The notes: generated from the sequence alone by a model not told the origin. A stretch of DNA of 64,000 nucleotides from an uncultured Candidatus Saccharibacteria bacterium (GCA_964369115.1 CAYJED010000001.1:3732-67731), one strand, 5' to 3'; shown: positions 10,406-19,534, counted from the stretch's first letter. Numbers and translations: made by a program.

Positions 10406-10509
10406 GCGGGAGTATATGAACTACTTCATATACGTCGGGATTCGAATACGGGTCGGAAAATCATCTGCGACAAAGGAGCTGATTTTGTGACCGAATCCCG
10501 CCCAGGACG
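10406..10509 (+). ncRNA. Structured RNA element, copy 1. An 8-bp hairpin is followed by a 9-bp outer stem (CGGGATTCG/CGAATCCCG) that encloses a 7-bp inner hairpin (AAAATCA/TGATTTT).
   Basis: Nested perfect stems seen by eye. Homologous to the element at 10662..10752, with compensatory base changes in both stems. Confidence 0.4.
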
Positions 10510-10517
10510 TTTTTGAA

Positions 10518-10603
10518 GCCTGGGTGATGGAATGGTAGACATAAGACACTTAAAATGTCTGGCGCCAACGCGCGTGCGGGTTCGAGTCCCGCCCTGGGCA
10601 CCA
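10518..10603 (+). tRNA. tRNA-Leu (anticodon TAA)
   Basis: Acceptor GCCTGGG/CCTGGGC, anticodon loop CTTAAAA, long variable arm, T-arm GCGGG-TTCGAGT-CCCGC. CCA is encoded. Confidence 0.88.
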
Positions 10604-10606
10604 AAA

Positions 10607-10651
10607 TAATAAATACCTTTTCTGTAATCAGAATGGGTATTTATTATTTTG
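10607..10651 (+). terminator. Intrinsic terminator after tRNA-Leu
   Basis: 10-bp stem AATAAATACC/GGTATTTATT followed by ATTTTG. Confidence 0.6.
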
Positions 10652-10661
10652 CGAGCATTTA

Positions 10662-10752
10662 GCGCAAGTAAACTGCTTTACTTGCGCTGGGACTCGAATA
10701 GGGTTCGTGAAACTACTTCGAGCAAAGCGGGGTAGTTTTGTGAACGAGTCCC
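10662..10752 (+). ncRNA. Structured RNA element, copy 2, in the 5' leader of the yjdF-family gene. Candidate yjdF-class riboswitch.
   Basis: 11-bp hairpin, then outer stem GGGACTCG/CGAGTCCC enclosing inner hairpin AAACTAC/GTAGTTT. The unpaired segments (AATAGGGTTCGTG, GTGAA, loop GAGCAAAGCGG) are conserved with copy 1. Confidence 0.45.
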
Positions 10753-10813
10753 GCTCTAGACAAGCATTTGTAGTAAATAAACTACTTTACTTTGGTTATG
10801 ATAGACTTTTTAT

Positions 10814-11422
10814 ATGAATTTCTTAAAAACATATTTTCCACATTATTTACTAGCTATATATGCGATTTGGTGTATCTTTTTTAGCGTCAACCCTTACTCT
10901 CGAGATGTGTGGTACGCAGAAATGATACCTATCTTGAGTATTCTTGCTGTGCTAGTTGTTCTATATATAAAAGGTATCCGCTTTTCAAATACAGCTTACG
11001 CACTTATGAGTATTCTTTTGTTTTGGCATACATATGGAGCGTACTACACCTTCGAACGAGCACCTTTTGAGTGGTTTAATACTATGTTTGGTTTCGAAAG
11101 AAATATGTTTGATAGAGTTGGCCATTTTACCGTAGGATTTTATGCATATCCAATTTTTGAATATGTTATAAAAACAAAAAAAGTTTCTTCAAAAATGATG
11201 GCGTTTTTATTTTCAGTATTTTGTATTGCTACAGTTGCGATGGTATATGAGCTTATTGAGTGGGGGTATGCTGTTAAAGAAGGGGGAGATGCTGGATTGG
11301 CATTTCTTGGATCACAAGGAGATATTTGGGATGCTCAGAAAGATATGCTGATGGATACTCTTGGTGGTATTTTTGCTACATTGTTGGCGTGGATGACAAT
11401 TAAGAAGACAGATAAAAAATAA
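10814..11422 (+). CDS. yjdF: YjdF/DUF2238 family inner membrane protein
   Basis: Motif string AEMIP...GIRFS...RVGHF...YELIEW...FLGSQGDIWDAQKDM matches my recollection of E. coli YjdF. Multi-pass membrane protein, 202 aa. Confidence 0.72.
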   Translation: MNFLKTYFPHYLLAIYAIWCIFFSVNPYSRDVWYAEMIPILSILAVLVVLYIKGIRFSNTAYALMSILLFWHTYGAYYTFERAPFEWFNTMFGFERNMFDRVGHFTVGFYAYPIFEYVIKTKKVSSKMMAFLFSVFCIATVAMVYELIEWGYAVKEGGDAGLAFLGSQGDIWDAQKDMLMDTLGGIFATLLAWMTIKKTDKK

Positions 11423-11465
11423 ATACTATTATTGTAGTATGTAGTTCACTTTCCTTTTCTATTTC

Positions 11466-11804
11466 ATGCTACAACCTCACTTTCAATTACGAGGAACTCA
11501 TACAACAATTATTGAGCCAGCATACCTTATTATAGATGTTTTAAAAAAGGCACGAGAGCTTGGTCCAGTTAAACTTGCTCCAGGGAAAATAGAGGCTCGT
11601 GTCGGAGCAAAATCTTCTTCGGTAAAACTTAAACATATAAACAATGAATTGTATGAACTAGTTATAACTCATAATAGTGCGCGCCAAGAGTTTAAACTTT
11701 TCAGCACAGCCTCATTTAATGATTTTGAAAAATGTATTAAGAGTTCAAAAAAGCTACGCGATTGGAATATTAACTATCTCGACATGAGAGATACACATAG
11801 TTAA
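11466..11804 (+). CDS. Hypothetical protein
   Basis: 112-aa ORF with no recognisable domain. Confidence 0.4.
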   Translation: MLQPHFQLRGTHTTIIEPAYLIIDVLKKARELGPVKLAPGKIEARVGAKSSSVKLKHINNELYELVITHNSARQEFKLFSTASFNDFEKCIKSSKKLRDWNINYLDMRDTHS

Positions 11805-12481
11805 CTACCGTAGAATGCTTCAGGTGCCCTCGCTTCAAAAGAGTAACTTTTTCCATTTAGTGAAAAAGAAATTTGGGAAGCATGTAACATAATTCTCCCA
11901 TCTTTTTTTGTTGCACCATATGCAACGTCACCTACTATTGGGTGGTTAATATGAGCCATATGAGCTCGAAGCTGATGGGTGCGTCCTGTGTGTGGCGAAA
12001 GAGTAACAAGAGTTATATCTTTATATCTTTGTGTTACCACAAGTTCAGTAAGAGCAGGGAGAAGTTCTCCGCGAGGATTCTTCGGGCATGCAACATTTTT
12101 ATACTCTTTTTTGTTTCTTCCAAGTGGAGCATCGATTATTATTTTTTCTTCTTGAATAACACCTTCCACAAGAGCTACATATGTTTTTTTTATTTTGTGT
12201 GACGTAAAAAGTGAAGCAAGTTCATCGTAGGTGGTTTTATTTTTTGTGACAACAAGTACCCCTGAAGTATCTCGGTCAAGTTTATGAACAAGGCCACCTA
12301 GGTTAACCACTCTTCCGTCTTGAAGTGTTTTTTTATTTTCAAATGAAAAACACTCTGGGAAGTTTTTTTCTATTTCATCGATAAGTGTTATTTCATCTGA
12401 ATGATCAAAAGGATGCACAACGATACCGGAAGGCTTATTTATAATAATAAGATTTTTATCTGAGTGGAGAACGGTAAACAT
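11801..12481 (-). CDS. RluA-family pseudouridine synthase
   Basis: Catalytic motif HKLDRDTSGVLVV and C-terminal HTGRTHQLRAHMAHINHPIVGD. Confidence 0.85.
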   Translation of the reverse strand: MFTVLHSDKNLIIINKPSGIVVHPFDHSDEITLIDEIEKNFPECFSFENKKTLQDGRVVNLGGLVHKLDRDTSGVLVVTKNKTTYDELASLFTSHKIKKTYVALVEGVIQEEKIIIDAPLGRNKKEYKNVACPKNPRGELLPALTELVVTQRYKDITLVTLSPHTGRTHQLRAHMAHINHPIVGDVAYGATKKDGRIMLHASQISFSLNGKSYSFEARAPEAFYGS

Positions 12482-12596
12482 ATTACATGTATGCTACGGC
12501 ATAAGGTGCGCTTGTGCAACTGTACACATAAATAGATTGTTTGTTTTACGGTAAGGTCTACACTTACTGTAGAAGCTTCACTTAAAAGGGGTTGCC

Positions 12597-12962
12597 ATGA
12601 AAAAGCTCTTTTTACTCGCCGTTCTCTTTCTTTCGGGTGTCTTAAACGCTTTTGAAATCAATGAAGAGACTGTAAAGAAGATCCCTCCGAAAGCTAAGTA
12701 CCCGTGTCCGTCTTCGAGGTACGTCCTCTCATACTGTGAAGTAAAAGTGGATCCGGGTCTTGGAGAAGGGGAGCCTGTTCGTCGTAGAGATCAGATCGCT
12801 ATCGCTCGCAAACTTTGCCTCTCCTTCCCTTCTTTAGGTGAAAAGGAGTTTAGTTCTCGAGAAGCAGACGGAGACGGAATAGTTTTTGTTTGCAGGTTTA
12901 ATCGAGAAGATTTTCTGAGGTGGTGGACCAAAGAAACATATCTACTTACTCAGGGTGAGTAA
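12597..12962 (+). CDS. Small secreted hypothetical protein
   Basis: Signal peptide MKKLFLLAVLFLSGVLNAFE. Followed by a hairpin terminator at 12969-13000. Confidence 0.5.
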   Translation: MKKLFLLAVLFLSGVLNAFEINEETVKKIPPKAKYPCPSSRYVLSYCEVKVDPGLGEGEPVRRRDQIAIARKLCLSFPSLGEKEFSSREADGDGIVFVCRFNREDFLRWWTKETYLLTQGE

Positions 12963-13052
12963 AAATTTTCAACCGCTTGCATCAAGCGGTTGCTGTTTTC
13001 TTTGTGCTGTGATAGTTTGAAAGTGGATTTTTCCTTAAACAAGGAGAAGAAA

Positions 13053-13373
13053 ATGTCATCACGAAGTGAAGTGCGAACACAAATTGCTCACTTAGAAAAA
13101 GCTGGAACTACTGAATTTGATGGTCGAGAGTTTTGTTGGCTGCTCACTTCTTTTGTGGAAGCCGGACTTATTCCTTCTGATTTTGGTTACACAGAAGATT
13201 ATTTAGAGTCGCTCCACTTGCGTTTCGTCGACTCACTTTCTGATGAGGCTTTGCGAATGCATATTTTTAACATGAGTACGTTGCTCGCAAAGAAGAGTGG
13301 CACACCACCACAAGACCCTCTTTTGTGGATGATGTGGCTTCTTGATCCAGAAAGAACATTTCCACTTGAGTAA
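13053..13373 (+). CDS. Hypothetical protein
   Basis: Internal ATG with an AAGGAGA RBS 6 nt upstream. Followed by a bidirectional hairpin terminator at 13384..13414. Confidence 0.45.
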   Translation: MSSRSEVRTQIAHLEKAGTTEFDGREFCWLLTSFVEAGLIPSDFGYTEDYLESLHLRFVDSLSDEALRMHIFNMSTLLAKKSGTPPQDPLLWMMWLLDPERTFPLE

Positions 13374-13412
13374 AGTTGATGCACAACCACCCGACACAAG
13401 GGTGGTTTTGTT

Positions 13413-14036
13413 TTAAATAAAAAGTTTAGCTTGTTTATATTTTCTTTCTAAAAAAATTGTACTATTTTCGTAAGATTTTTTTAGTAAAATTATACTATCT
13501 TTTTTGCCGTAAGTGAGAACATGCCAACTCTTTTCTTTTTGTGAGTATATCCAGCCACCTTGTATCGTCGACTCTTTTTTTATTTCCGAATGTATCCATT
13601 CTAAGAACGCTTTACTTGCTGAAGCTAATCTTATACGTAGCTGAGGGTGGTTGCTTTCTCTGTGGTAAAAAATATCAATATTACCATCGCCATCAATGCA
13701 CCCTCTAAGAAAGTGAAAAAAATATTTTTTTGGAATTTTAACTTTTTGTATTGTTTTAGATTTAGCTGGAGAAATTCCAAGTTCTAATAAAAATGTATAA
13801 AAGTTTTTATCTCCTATTTGTAAAACATAATACATTTTTCCTGTATTAGAATTTCTTTCTCCAATCATACAAGTAAGAAATAGGGATGTCTTTATTTTCA
13901 GGAGCAGCTCTTCATCCTTTGATGTGATCACTATATGTCTTCCGTCTATAGAAAGATTTCCATCGGTGGCAATAATCCCAATAATATAGGCAAGTTCAGA
14001 GGACCAGACTGTTGAAACTTTTTTCTTTTGTTTCAT
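13413..14036 (-). CDS. LAGLIDADG-family homing endonuclease, free-standing
   Basis: Two LAGLIDADG-type motifs (YIIGIIATDGNL and FLRGCIDGDGNI). Not embedded in an intron or intein within this window. Confidence 0.75.
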   Translation of the reverse strand: MKQKKKVSTVWSSELAYIIGIIATDGNLSIDGRHIVITSKDEELLLKIKTSLFLTCMIGERNSNTGKMYYVLQIGDKNFYTFLLELGISPAKSKTIQKVKIPKKYFFHFLRGCIDGDGNIDIFYHRESNHPQLRIRLASASKAFLEWIHSEIKKESTIQGGWIYSQKEKSWHVLTYGKKDSIILLKKSYENSTIFLERKYKQAKLFI

Positions 14037-14121
14037 TTATTCTAGTGTAGCATACTAAGGCATATAGCATATACCAAATTAAAATATCAAAAATAGCTCA
14101 ATTAAGAGTTATTTTATAATG

Positions 14122-14203
14122 TGCCCAGGACTGGACTTGAACCAGCACGCTCGAAAGCATTAGTTCCTAAGACTAACGTGTCTACCAATTTCACCACCTG
14201 GGC
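14122..14203 (-). tRNA. tRNA-Leu (anticodon TAG)
   Basis: Acceptor GCCCAGG/CCTGGGC, anticodon loop CTTAGGA, long variable arm, T-arm GCTGG-TTCAAGT-CCAGT. Confidence 0.85.
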
Positions 14204-14353
14204 GTATATAGTTGTGTACAATTTTGAAAACTGTTTGCGAATTATAGCGTACTTTTTGCTTTTTTGCGAGCAGTGCTACAGTTTTTGGGCAAAAGAAAAA
14301 CCCCCGAAACGATTAAACGTTTGACAGGGGTTGTGCTTCATCTTGCGTGAAGC

Positions 14354-15553
14354 TTAGGCGGTTGCGGCCTTGTTGGCCGAAGCCTTGTAGGCCACCACCA
14401 GTTCGGCGAGCTCGGCACCATCGATGCCTGCGCTCTTGAGCGAGGCGATGTATTGCGGCAAGCCGGAGGTCGGTGCCTTGGGCTCGGCCGGTGCTTGCGC
14501 AGCCGGCACTTCGGTCCTGGGAGCCGTAGCAACGGTTTTCGGAGTCGGCCGATTGCCGCCACGGCCGAGGAAGCCGACATGCTGATGTTCGTGGATGCTG
14601 TGCACTTTGCGGGCGTCATGCAGACGTTTGCAGGCTGCCATCATCGCGTTCATCAGTTGCTGGCGCTCGAGTTCTTCGAGTCCGCCGCCGTTCAAGTACT
14701 TGAGAAGTTCACCGGCGGAAGCGATCATCTCACCCTGGCTCATCTTCTCTTCGTCGAAGAACTCGGGGAACTGACCTCGGCTGCACTTGAGGTAGGTGCC
14801 GTTCAGCGTCTTGGCGGCAAGCGGATGCTTGTTGCCGATGTGGCCGATGCCGACGACGATAGTCGAGTGACGGGTGTCATCGAACATGAACCCGAGCACG
14901 ATACCGTCCTCCATCGTTTTGCCGAAGCGAACCTCGACACGATTCTTGTCGCTCAGTTGCTCGAGCAACGAAACGTTGGCCGATGCGCGGCTCCAGGCGG
15001 TGGCCTCTTCACCGATGAACTTGAACTTCTCGCGTTCGCTGGAAACGAATGCCGAGAGGTTTCCGAGGTCTTCCTCGCTGAGCTGTTCCCGGATGTAGCT
15101 GATCATCAGCTGTTGCTTCTGACCAGCCTTGCCCGGGATGGTGCTCACGAAGTTGTTCTTCGCGACCTGCCAGAACATCACGAAGATGTTCTCGTTGGTG
15201 CGCACGTGAGGTGCGAACACCACCGCCGTCGAGCTGACCAAAATCAGCCGATCAGGCGCCAGGTACTCAAACTGGCTTTCGCCAGCAAAGTCCACGCGGA
15301 CACCCGTTCGGAGGGTGCCCTCGATGATCGCCTCGACCATTTCGGTCCAAGAAATCACCGGAACAGGGATGGCGAGGTTGTCGAGCTGATCGGAGATCGA
15401 TCCGCGGCTGCCGCGCCTTTCGCGACGATCCTTGGATTCTTCGGATTGACGTTGTCGTACTGCGATGAGCTTGGAAGTGCCGGGGCCGTTGGAGCCACTG
15501 TTCTTGCCAGCTTTCTTGTTGGCGCCGTTGGAAGCATTCTTGTTGGAGGCCAT
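14354..15553 (-). CDS. Hypothetical protein encoded in a high-GC island; likely of foreign origin
   Basis: About 400-aa ORF (MASNKNASNGANKK...) with protein-like composition and strong GC3 bias. The 398-aa ORF on the opposite strand looks like a GC-shadow ORF. Sharp GC transitions at about 14335 and 15610. Confidence 0.55.
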   Translation of the reverse strand: MASNKNASNGANKKAGKNSGSNGPGTSKLIAVRQRQSEESKDRRERRGSRGSISDQLDNLAIPVPVISWTEMVEAIIEGTLRTGVRVDFAGESQFEYLAPDRLILVSSTAVVFAPHVRTNENIFVMFWQVAKNNFVSTIPGKAGQKQQLMISYIREQLSEEDLGNLSAFVSSEREKFKFIGEEATAWSRASANVSLLEQLSDKNRVEVRFGKTMEDGIVLGFMFDDTRHSTIVVGIGHIGNKHPLAAKTLNGTYLKCSRGQFPEFFDEEKMSQGEMIASAGELLKYLNGGGLEELERQQLMNAMMAACKRLHDARKVHSIHEHQHVGFLGRGGNRPTPKTVATAPRTEVPAAQAPAEPKAPTSGLPQYIASLKSAGIDGAELAELVVAYKASANKAATA

Positions 15554-15781
15554 GATGTGGACCTTTCTGCGCAATGCGCTTTTTGGAAACAGAAACAGAA
15601 TGAACAAGCTTGTGTACCGGAGGTTATTTCCTCACAATCACATGTATAAGTATACACAATTTTACAGATTTGTCAAGTATTTTCTTGTAAGAAATATACA
15701 TTTTACCTTTATTTATAAGCTTTATTTGTCTATTTTTACCTTTTTACGTAGGATGGAAAGTGTTGTTCTTTATGAAATAAG

Positions 15782-16621
15782 GTGCCTACGATGAGTATGC
15801 CTGTTAATCTCTTTGTGGTACTTCACGGTGAATCGCTTGGTAATCTTGTGAATCGACAAGGTTCACAAGGTAATCCTGTCTTTCTTGAAACTCTTAAACA
15901 AACACATACTGCACATTGGCCACTTTCGAATAAAGGCCGAGAGCAAGCAGGGCTTACGGGTGTTTTTTTGAATGATTTATTTAACAGCGAGAATATCATT
16001 TTTGATCAAGCGTATGTTTCAGCTTATGCTCGAGCACTTGAAACTGCTGCTAGGCTTGAAATTGCGCGATGTGCTTGGCGTGTCGATTCGCGGATTGTTG
16101 AACGAAATTGGGGAGACTTAGACGGTCTTTCAGAAGAAGAAAGACAAGGTCGTTATAAGGATGTAATGAAGATGCGTCATACGGAGCCGTATTTTTGGAA
16201 TATTCCAAACGGTGAACCTTTTGATCGTTTTGTTGTGCGTATTCGTGACTTCGTTGATTCGTTGTACCGGGCAGGTGTGCAAAATGTGCTTGTTGTATGT
16301 CATGGTGAAGTGATGAAAGCACTTCGGGTGATACTTACTGGTATGACACCAGAAGAGTATTCTCTGATGGAGTTTTCGGATGACCCGCTTGTACGCATTC
16401 ATAACTGCCAAGTTGATCACTATACGCGTAATAATCCAAATCAAAGAGAAAAGGTAAAAACACTTTCCTGGCTTCGTGTGTATCGCCCGTCTGAAGAGCT
16501 GTACGATCACACTTCTTCGGTTGCTGTTGATTGGACACCTATCAAGCGTCGCACCTACGACAGTCACGAACTTTTCGTTATGTCAGGAGAGATGTCAAAA
16601 GATTTGAGAGATTACGTGTAA
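15782..16621 (+). CDS. Histidine phosphatase superfamily protein (phosphoglycerate mutase-like)
   Basis: N-terminal VVLHGES motif and VVCHGEVMKAL. Followed by hairpin terminator 16632..16670. Confidence 0.6.
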   Translation: MPTMSMPVNLFVVLHGESLGNLVNRQGSQGNPVFLETLKQTHTAHWPLSNKGREQAGLTGVFLNDLFNSENIIFDQAYVSAYARALETAARLEIARCAWRVDSRIVERNWGDLDGLSEEERQGRYKDVMKMRHTEPYFWNIPNGEPFDRFVVRIRDFVDSLYRAGVQNVLVVCHGEVMKALRVILTGMTPEEYSLMEFSDDPLVRIHNCQVDHYTRNNPNQREKVKTLSWLRVYRPSEELYDHTSSVAVDWTPIKRRTYDSHELFVMSGEMSKDLRDYV

Positions 16622-16675
16622 AAGAAAAACAAAAGCCGTCCCGGTAGGGACGGCTTTCTTCTTTTTTGTTTTTCT

Positions 16676-17101
16676 CTAGTTATCCTCGAGTTCACTTTCA
16701 AGCTGTTCGTTGATAGTTTCGCATACTTGCTCTTGGTTTACAGTGAGCGTTGTTTTCTTTTTATCTTCACGAAGCAGTTTTTCAACATGAAGGCGATTTT
16801 TTTCTCCGTAATCAATTTCCACTTCAAAAAATGGAATCACTTTTACCGGAAGACGCTTCATTACGTAGTGACGCATTTCACTTCGCATACGCTTTGCAAA
16901 GTTGATTGCAGCCTCCTCTTTGTTTTCTGGAAAGACACTAATAAAAATAGTGCCGTGCTTCATGTCACGAGAAATATCAGTTCGAGTAACGGTGATCATA
17001 GAAAGGCCAGAGCTTTCACGTTGAAAGAAGTCCTGCACAATACCAAGTACCTGCTGTTCTACTTTAAGTTGGCGTTCTGTTTTTGGAATATTAGCGTCCA
17101 T
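16676..17101 (-). CDS. rbfA: Ribosome-binding factor A
   Basis: RbfA KH-like core (RTERQLKVEQQVLGIV...ITVTRTDISRDMKHGTIFIS). Immediately downstream of infB. Confidence 0.85.
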   Translation of the reverse strand: MDANIPKTERQLKVEQQVLGIVQDFFQRESSGLSMITVTRTDISRDMKHGTIFISVFPENKEEAAINFAKRMRSEMRHYVMKRLPVKVIPFFEVEIDYGEKNRLHVEKLLREDKKKTTLTVNQEQVCETINEQLESELEDN

Positions 17102-17115
17102 AGTTTTTCTATTTT

Positions 17116-18645
17116 TTAGATGCGAAGTTTTTCAACAGTAATTGCTTCTACGAGATCACCTCCAACCATTTCAACTTTACCTTCAATCATGAGACCACAT
17201 TCATTACCTTCGATAACAGTCTGTGTCTTAATTTTTTGTGATTGAAGTTCTACGATGCGCCCTTTACCAAGCTCTACACCACGACGACTGATACGAACGA
17301 GAGCACCATTCTCAATACGACCAGTTTCTACACGTCCACCGATAACATGTTTATCTTTTTGTGAACTAAAGGTGCGGAGAATTTTAAGTGTCCCTAAGAT
17401 TGTTTCTTTTTCTTCAAAAGGAAGACGGTCCTCAACAACAGTATCAAACCATTCAGAAAGTTTATAGATAATATCAAATGTCTCTGGTTTGAGATTAAAG
17501 CGCTCTGCTTGATCACGAGCTTTTCCGTCCATCTTTACTGTAAAGCCGATAATCACTGTCTTTTCATCGGATGAAGCAAGCATGATATCACCTTCTGTGA
17601 TGTTTCCAACACCTTCTGCGATAATTTTAATTTTTACATCATCGGTCTCACGCTTCTTAAGCTCTTTTTTTACTGCATCAAGTGTCCCAAGTGAATCAGA
17701 TTTAATAACAACAGGAATAACAACACGAGCATTACGGTAGATACGTGGATCAAGTACTTGCTTTACTGTATTTGCTTTTGTTTCACTCTGAAGTTCCTCC
17801 ATAAGCTTTTTATCAGATGAAGAAACAAAGATTGCTCCAGATGCTGGGATACTATCAAATCCTGTTACTTTTACAGGCTGTCCTGCGTGAGCATTTTTAA
17901 TAGGGCGTCCTGCAAAGTCTTCCACGATACGGATAGGGGAAAGTGCTACACCTACCACAACAGCGCCTGCTGCCGGAAGTGTTCCATCTTTAAGGACAAG
18001 CGTTGCAGAGATGCCACGCTTAGGATCAACAAAACTTTCAAGCACAATACCAGTAGCGTCCGTGTGAAGATTTGCAGTAAGTTCGTGCATATCTACAAGA
18101 AGAAGAAGTGTTTCAAGAAGGAAATCAATTCCTGTGCCTTGCTTTGCAGAAATTTCTACACATGGAATGTCTCCACCGTACCCTTCAATGTAAATACCGT
18201 TTTCTACAAGAGAGTTTTTAGTCTTCTGAATGTCTGCGCCTGGTTTATCAATTTTGTTGATAGCAACAACGTAAGGGAGTTTACGAGCGTCGATTGTTTT
18301 CCATGCTTCTAATGTCTGGGCTTTTACTCCATCTTCTGCAGAGACTATTAAGATAGCAATATCTGCAATTTCTACACCACGTTCACGCATACTTTGGAAT
18401 GCAGCGTGCCCTGGGGTGTCGAGGAAAGTAATAGGGCGAGTAGTCCCGTCTCCGAGTTTATGAAGTACTTCGTACGCTGAAATACGCTGAGTGATACCAC
18501 CAGCTTCTCCGTCGACGACATTTGATTTTCTAATATAGTCAAGGAGTGATGACTTTCCGTGATCAACGTGGCCAAGTACTGCGATGACTGGCTGACGTGG
18601 TGATGAGGAAGTAGTACCTCCTTGTGTTGTAGGCTTTTTTGACAT
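17116..18645 (-). CDS. infB: Translation initiation factor IF-2, short form of 509 aa
   Basis: G domain (GHVDHGKSSLLD, DTPGHAAF, NKID) plus IF-2 beta-barrel domains. Confidence 0.92.
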   Translation of the reverse strand: MSKKPTTQGGTTSSSPRQPVIAVLGHVDHGKSSLLDYIRKSNVVDGEAGGITQRISAYEVLHKLGDGTTRPITFLDTPGHAAFQSMRERGVEIADIAILIVSAEDGVKAQTLEAWKTIDARKLPYVVAINKIDKPGADIQKTKNSLVENGIYIEGYGGDIPCVEISAKQGTGIDFLLETLLLLVDMHELTANLHTDATGIVLESFVDPKRGISATLVLKDGTLPAAGAVVVGVALSPIRIVEDFAGRPIKNAHAGQPVKVTGFDSIPASGAIFVSSSDKKLMEELQSETKANTVKQVLDPRIYRNARVVIPVVIKSDSLGTLDAVKKELKKRETDDVKIKIIAEGVGNITEGDIMLASSDEKTVIIGFTVKMDGKARDQAERFNLKPETFDIIYKLSEWFDTVVEDRLPFEEKETILGTLKILRTFSSQKDKHVIGGRVETGRIENGALVRISRRGVELGKGRIVELQSQKIKTQTVIEGNECGLMIEGKVEMVGGDLVEAITVEKLRI

Positions 18646-18743
18646 ATGATACCAGCAATTATACCACAGATTGTCAATAAAATAAAGACAGTAAAATAAA
18701 AAGCAAAGCTTGTACAGGGAAGTATCTCTTTGTGTCTAGCTCT

Positions 18744-19238
18744 TTATTTTTTGGCCTCTTTGTGAGCATCTTTTGCTTCTTTAAGTACTTGCTCTTCTTC
18801 TTCAGTTAATTCGTAGGTGCTTGTGTAGTTCTGTACAGGTTTTGCAAATGTATTATTTCTTTCATGGGCGTGAAGAGAAGAAATAACAGCCCCGTTTCCT
18901 TCTTCGTTAACAAGAGCTATTGAAAAACTCTGATTTGAGCCATTTTGGTCAAATGCTTTATAACGAACGGTGGAAACATTTCTAATAGCGTGAGACATTT
19001 TCTCCTGGAGAGTAAGAGCATGAGCTGAGATGAGTTCGTTACGCTCTTCGATTTTTTTAACACTTTCAATACATTTTTCTATGGTGTCTTCCAGAGATGC
19101 GCCGTTTTTCCCACGGGTAAGATGTGTTACTTTTCTATCCAAGTACACGATGTATGCAAATAAAATAACGATAACAAAAGAAAGAATAGCGATTGGGTCA
19201 GTTACTAAAGATAAGAGGGGAATTGGGCCAAATGACAT
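18744..19238 (-). CDS. DUF4446-like membrane-anchored protein
   Basis: Start set at the internal ATG (MSFGPIPL...). N-terminal TM helix followed by a coiled region. The family assignment is from memory. Confidence 0.45.
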   Translation of the reverse strand: MSFGPIPLLSLVTDPIAILSFVIVILFAYIVYLDRKVTHLTRGKNGASLEDTIEKCIESVKKIEERNELISAHALTLQEKMSHAIRNVSTVRYKAFDQNGSNQSFSIALVNEEGNGAVISSLHAHERNNTFAKPVQNYTSTYELTEEEEQVLKEAKDAHKEAKK

Positions 19239-19534
19239 GGAAGAAAGAGCGGTTATGGATATGAAAAATAAATCTTTTATATCTCCGAGTGTAGCATGTG
19301 AATGGTTACATGCTGTGAATAAAAAAGTATGTAAAATAATGCTGCAGTGCTGATCTGTGGAAGTACTTGACAAAAAATATGTATATGCTTACTAGTTATT
19401 ACCATCGTCGAAAAGTGACCAGTAACCCTGGAAGCTTTGGTCAGAAGTTTGACCACTTTGATGGCCTGTGTGGTGTGCAGCCTGCGAGGCTGCCCCATAA
19501 GTTCTTTTCATCAACCACGATCTAGGAGATCTGC

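Noticed and set aside
10406-10509. Interpretation of structured element copy 1 as a tRNA (possibly intron-containing) or pseudo-tRNA
   Set aside because: No cloverleaf could be built. The acceptor/T-arm-like segments (GCGGGAG, TTCGAAT) do not assemble into a tRNA. The nested-hairpin architecture shared with copy 2 explains the sequence better.
10292-10516. Two short ORFs from the track (74 and 60 aa)
   Set aside because: They overlap tRNA-Cys and the structured RNA element, so they are spurious.
14453-15649. 398-aa plus-strand ORF covering the high-GC island
   Set aside because: The composition is Arg/Gly-rich junk typical of a GC-shadow ORF. The antisense 400-aa ORF has protein-like composition and a sensible N-terminus.
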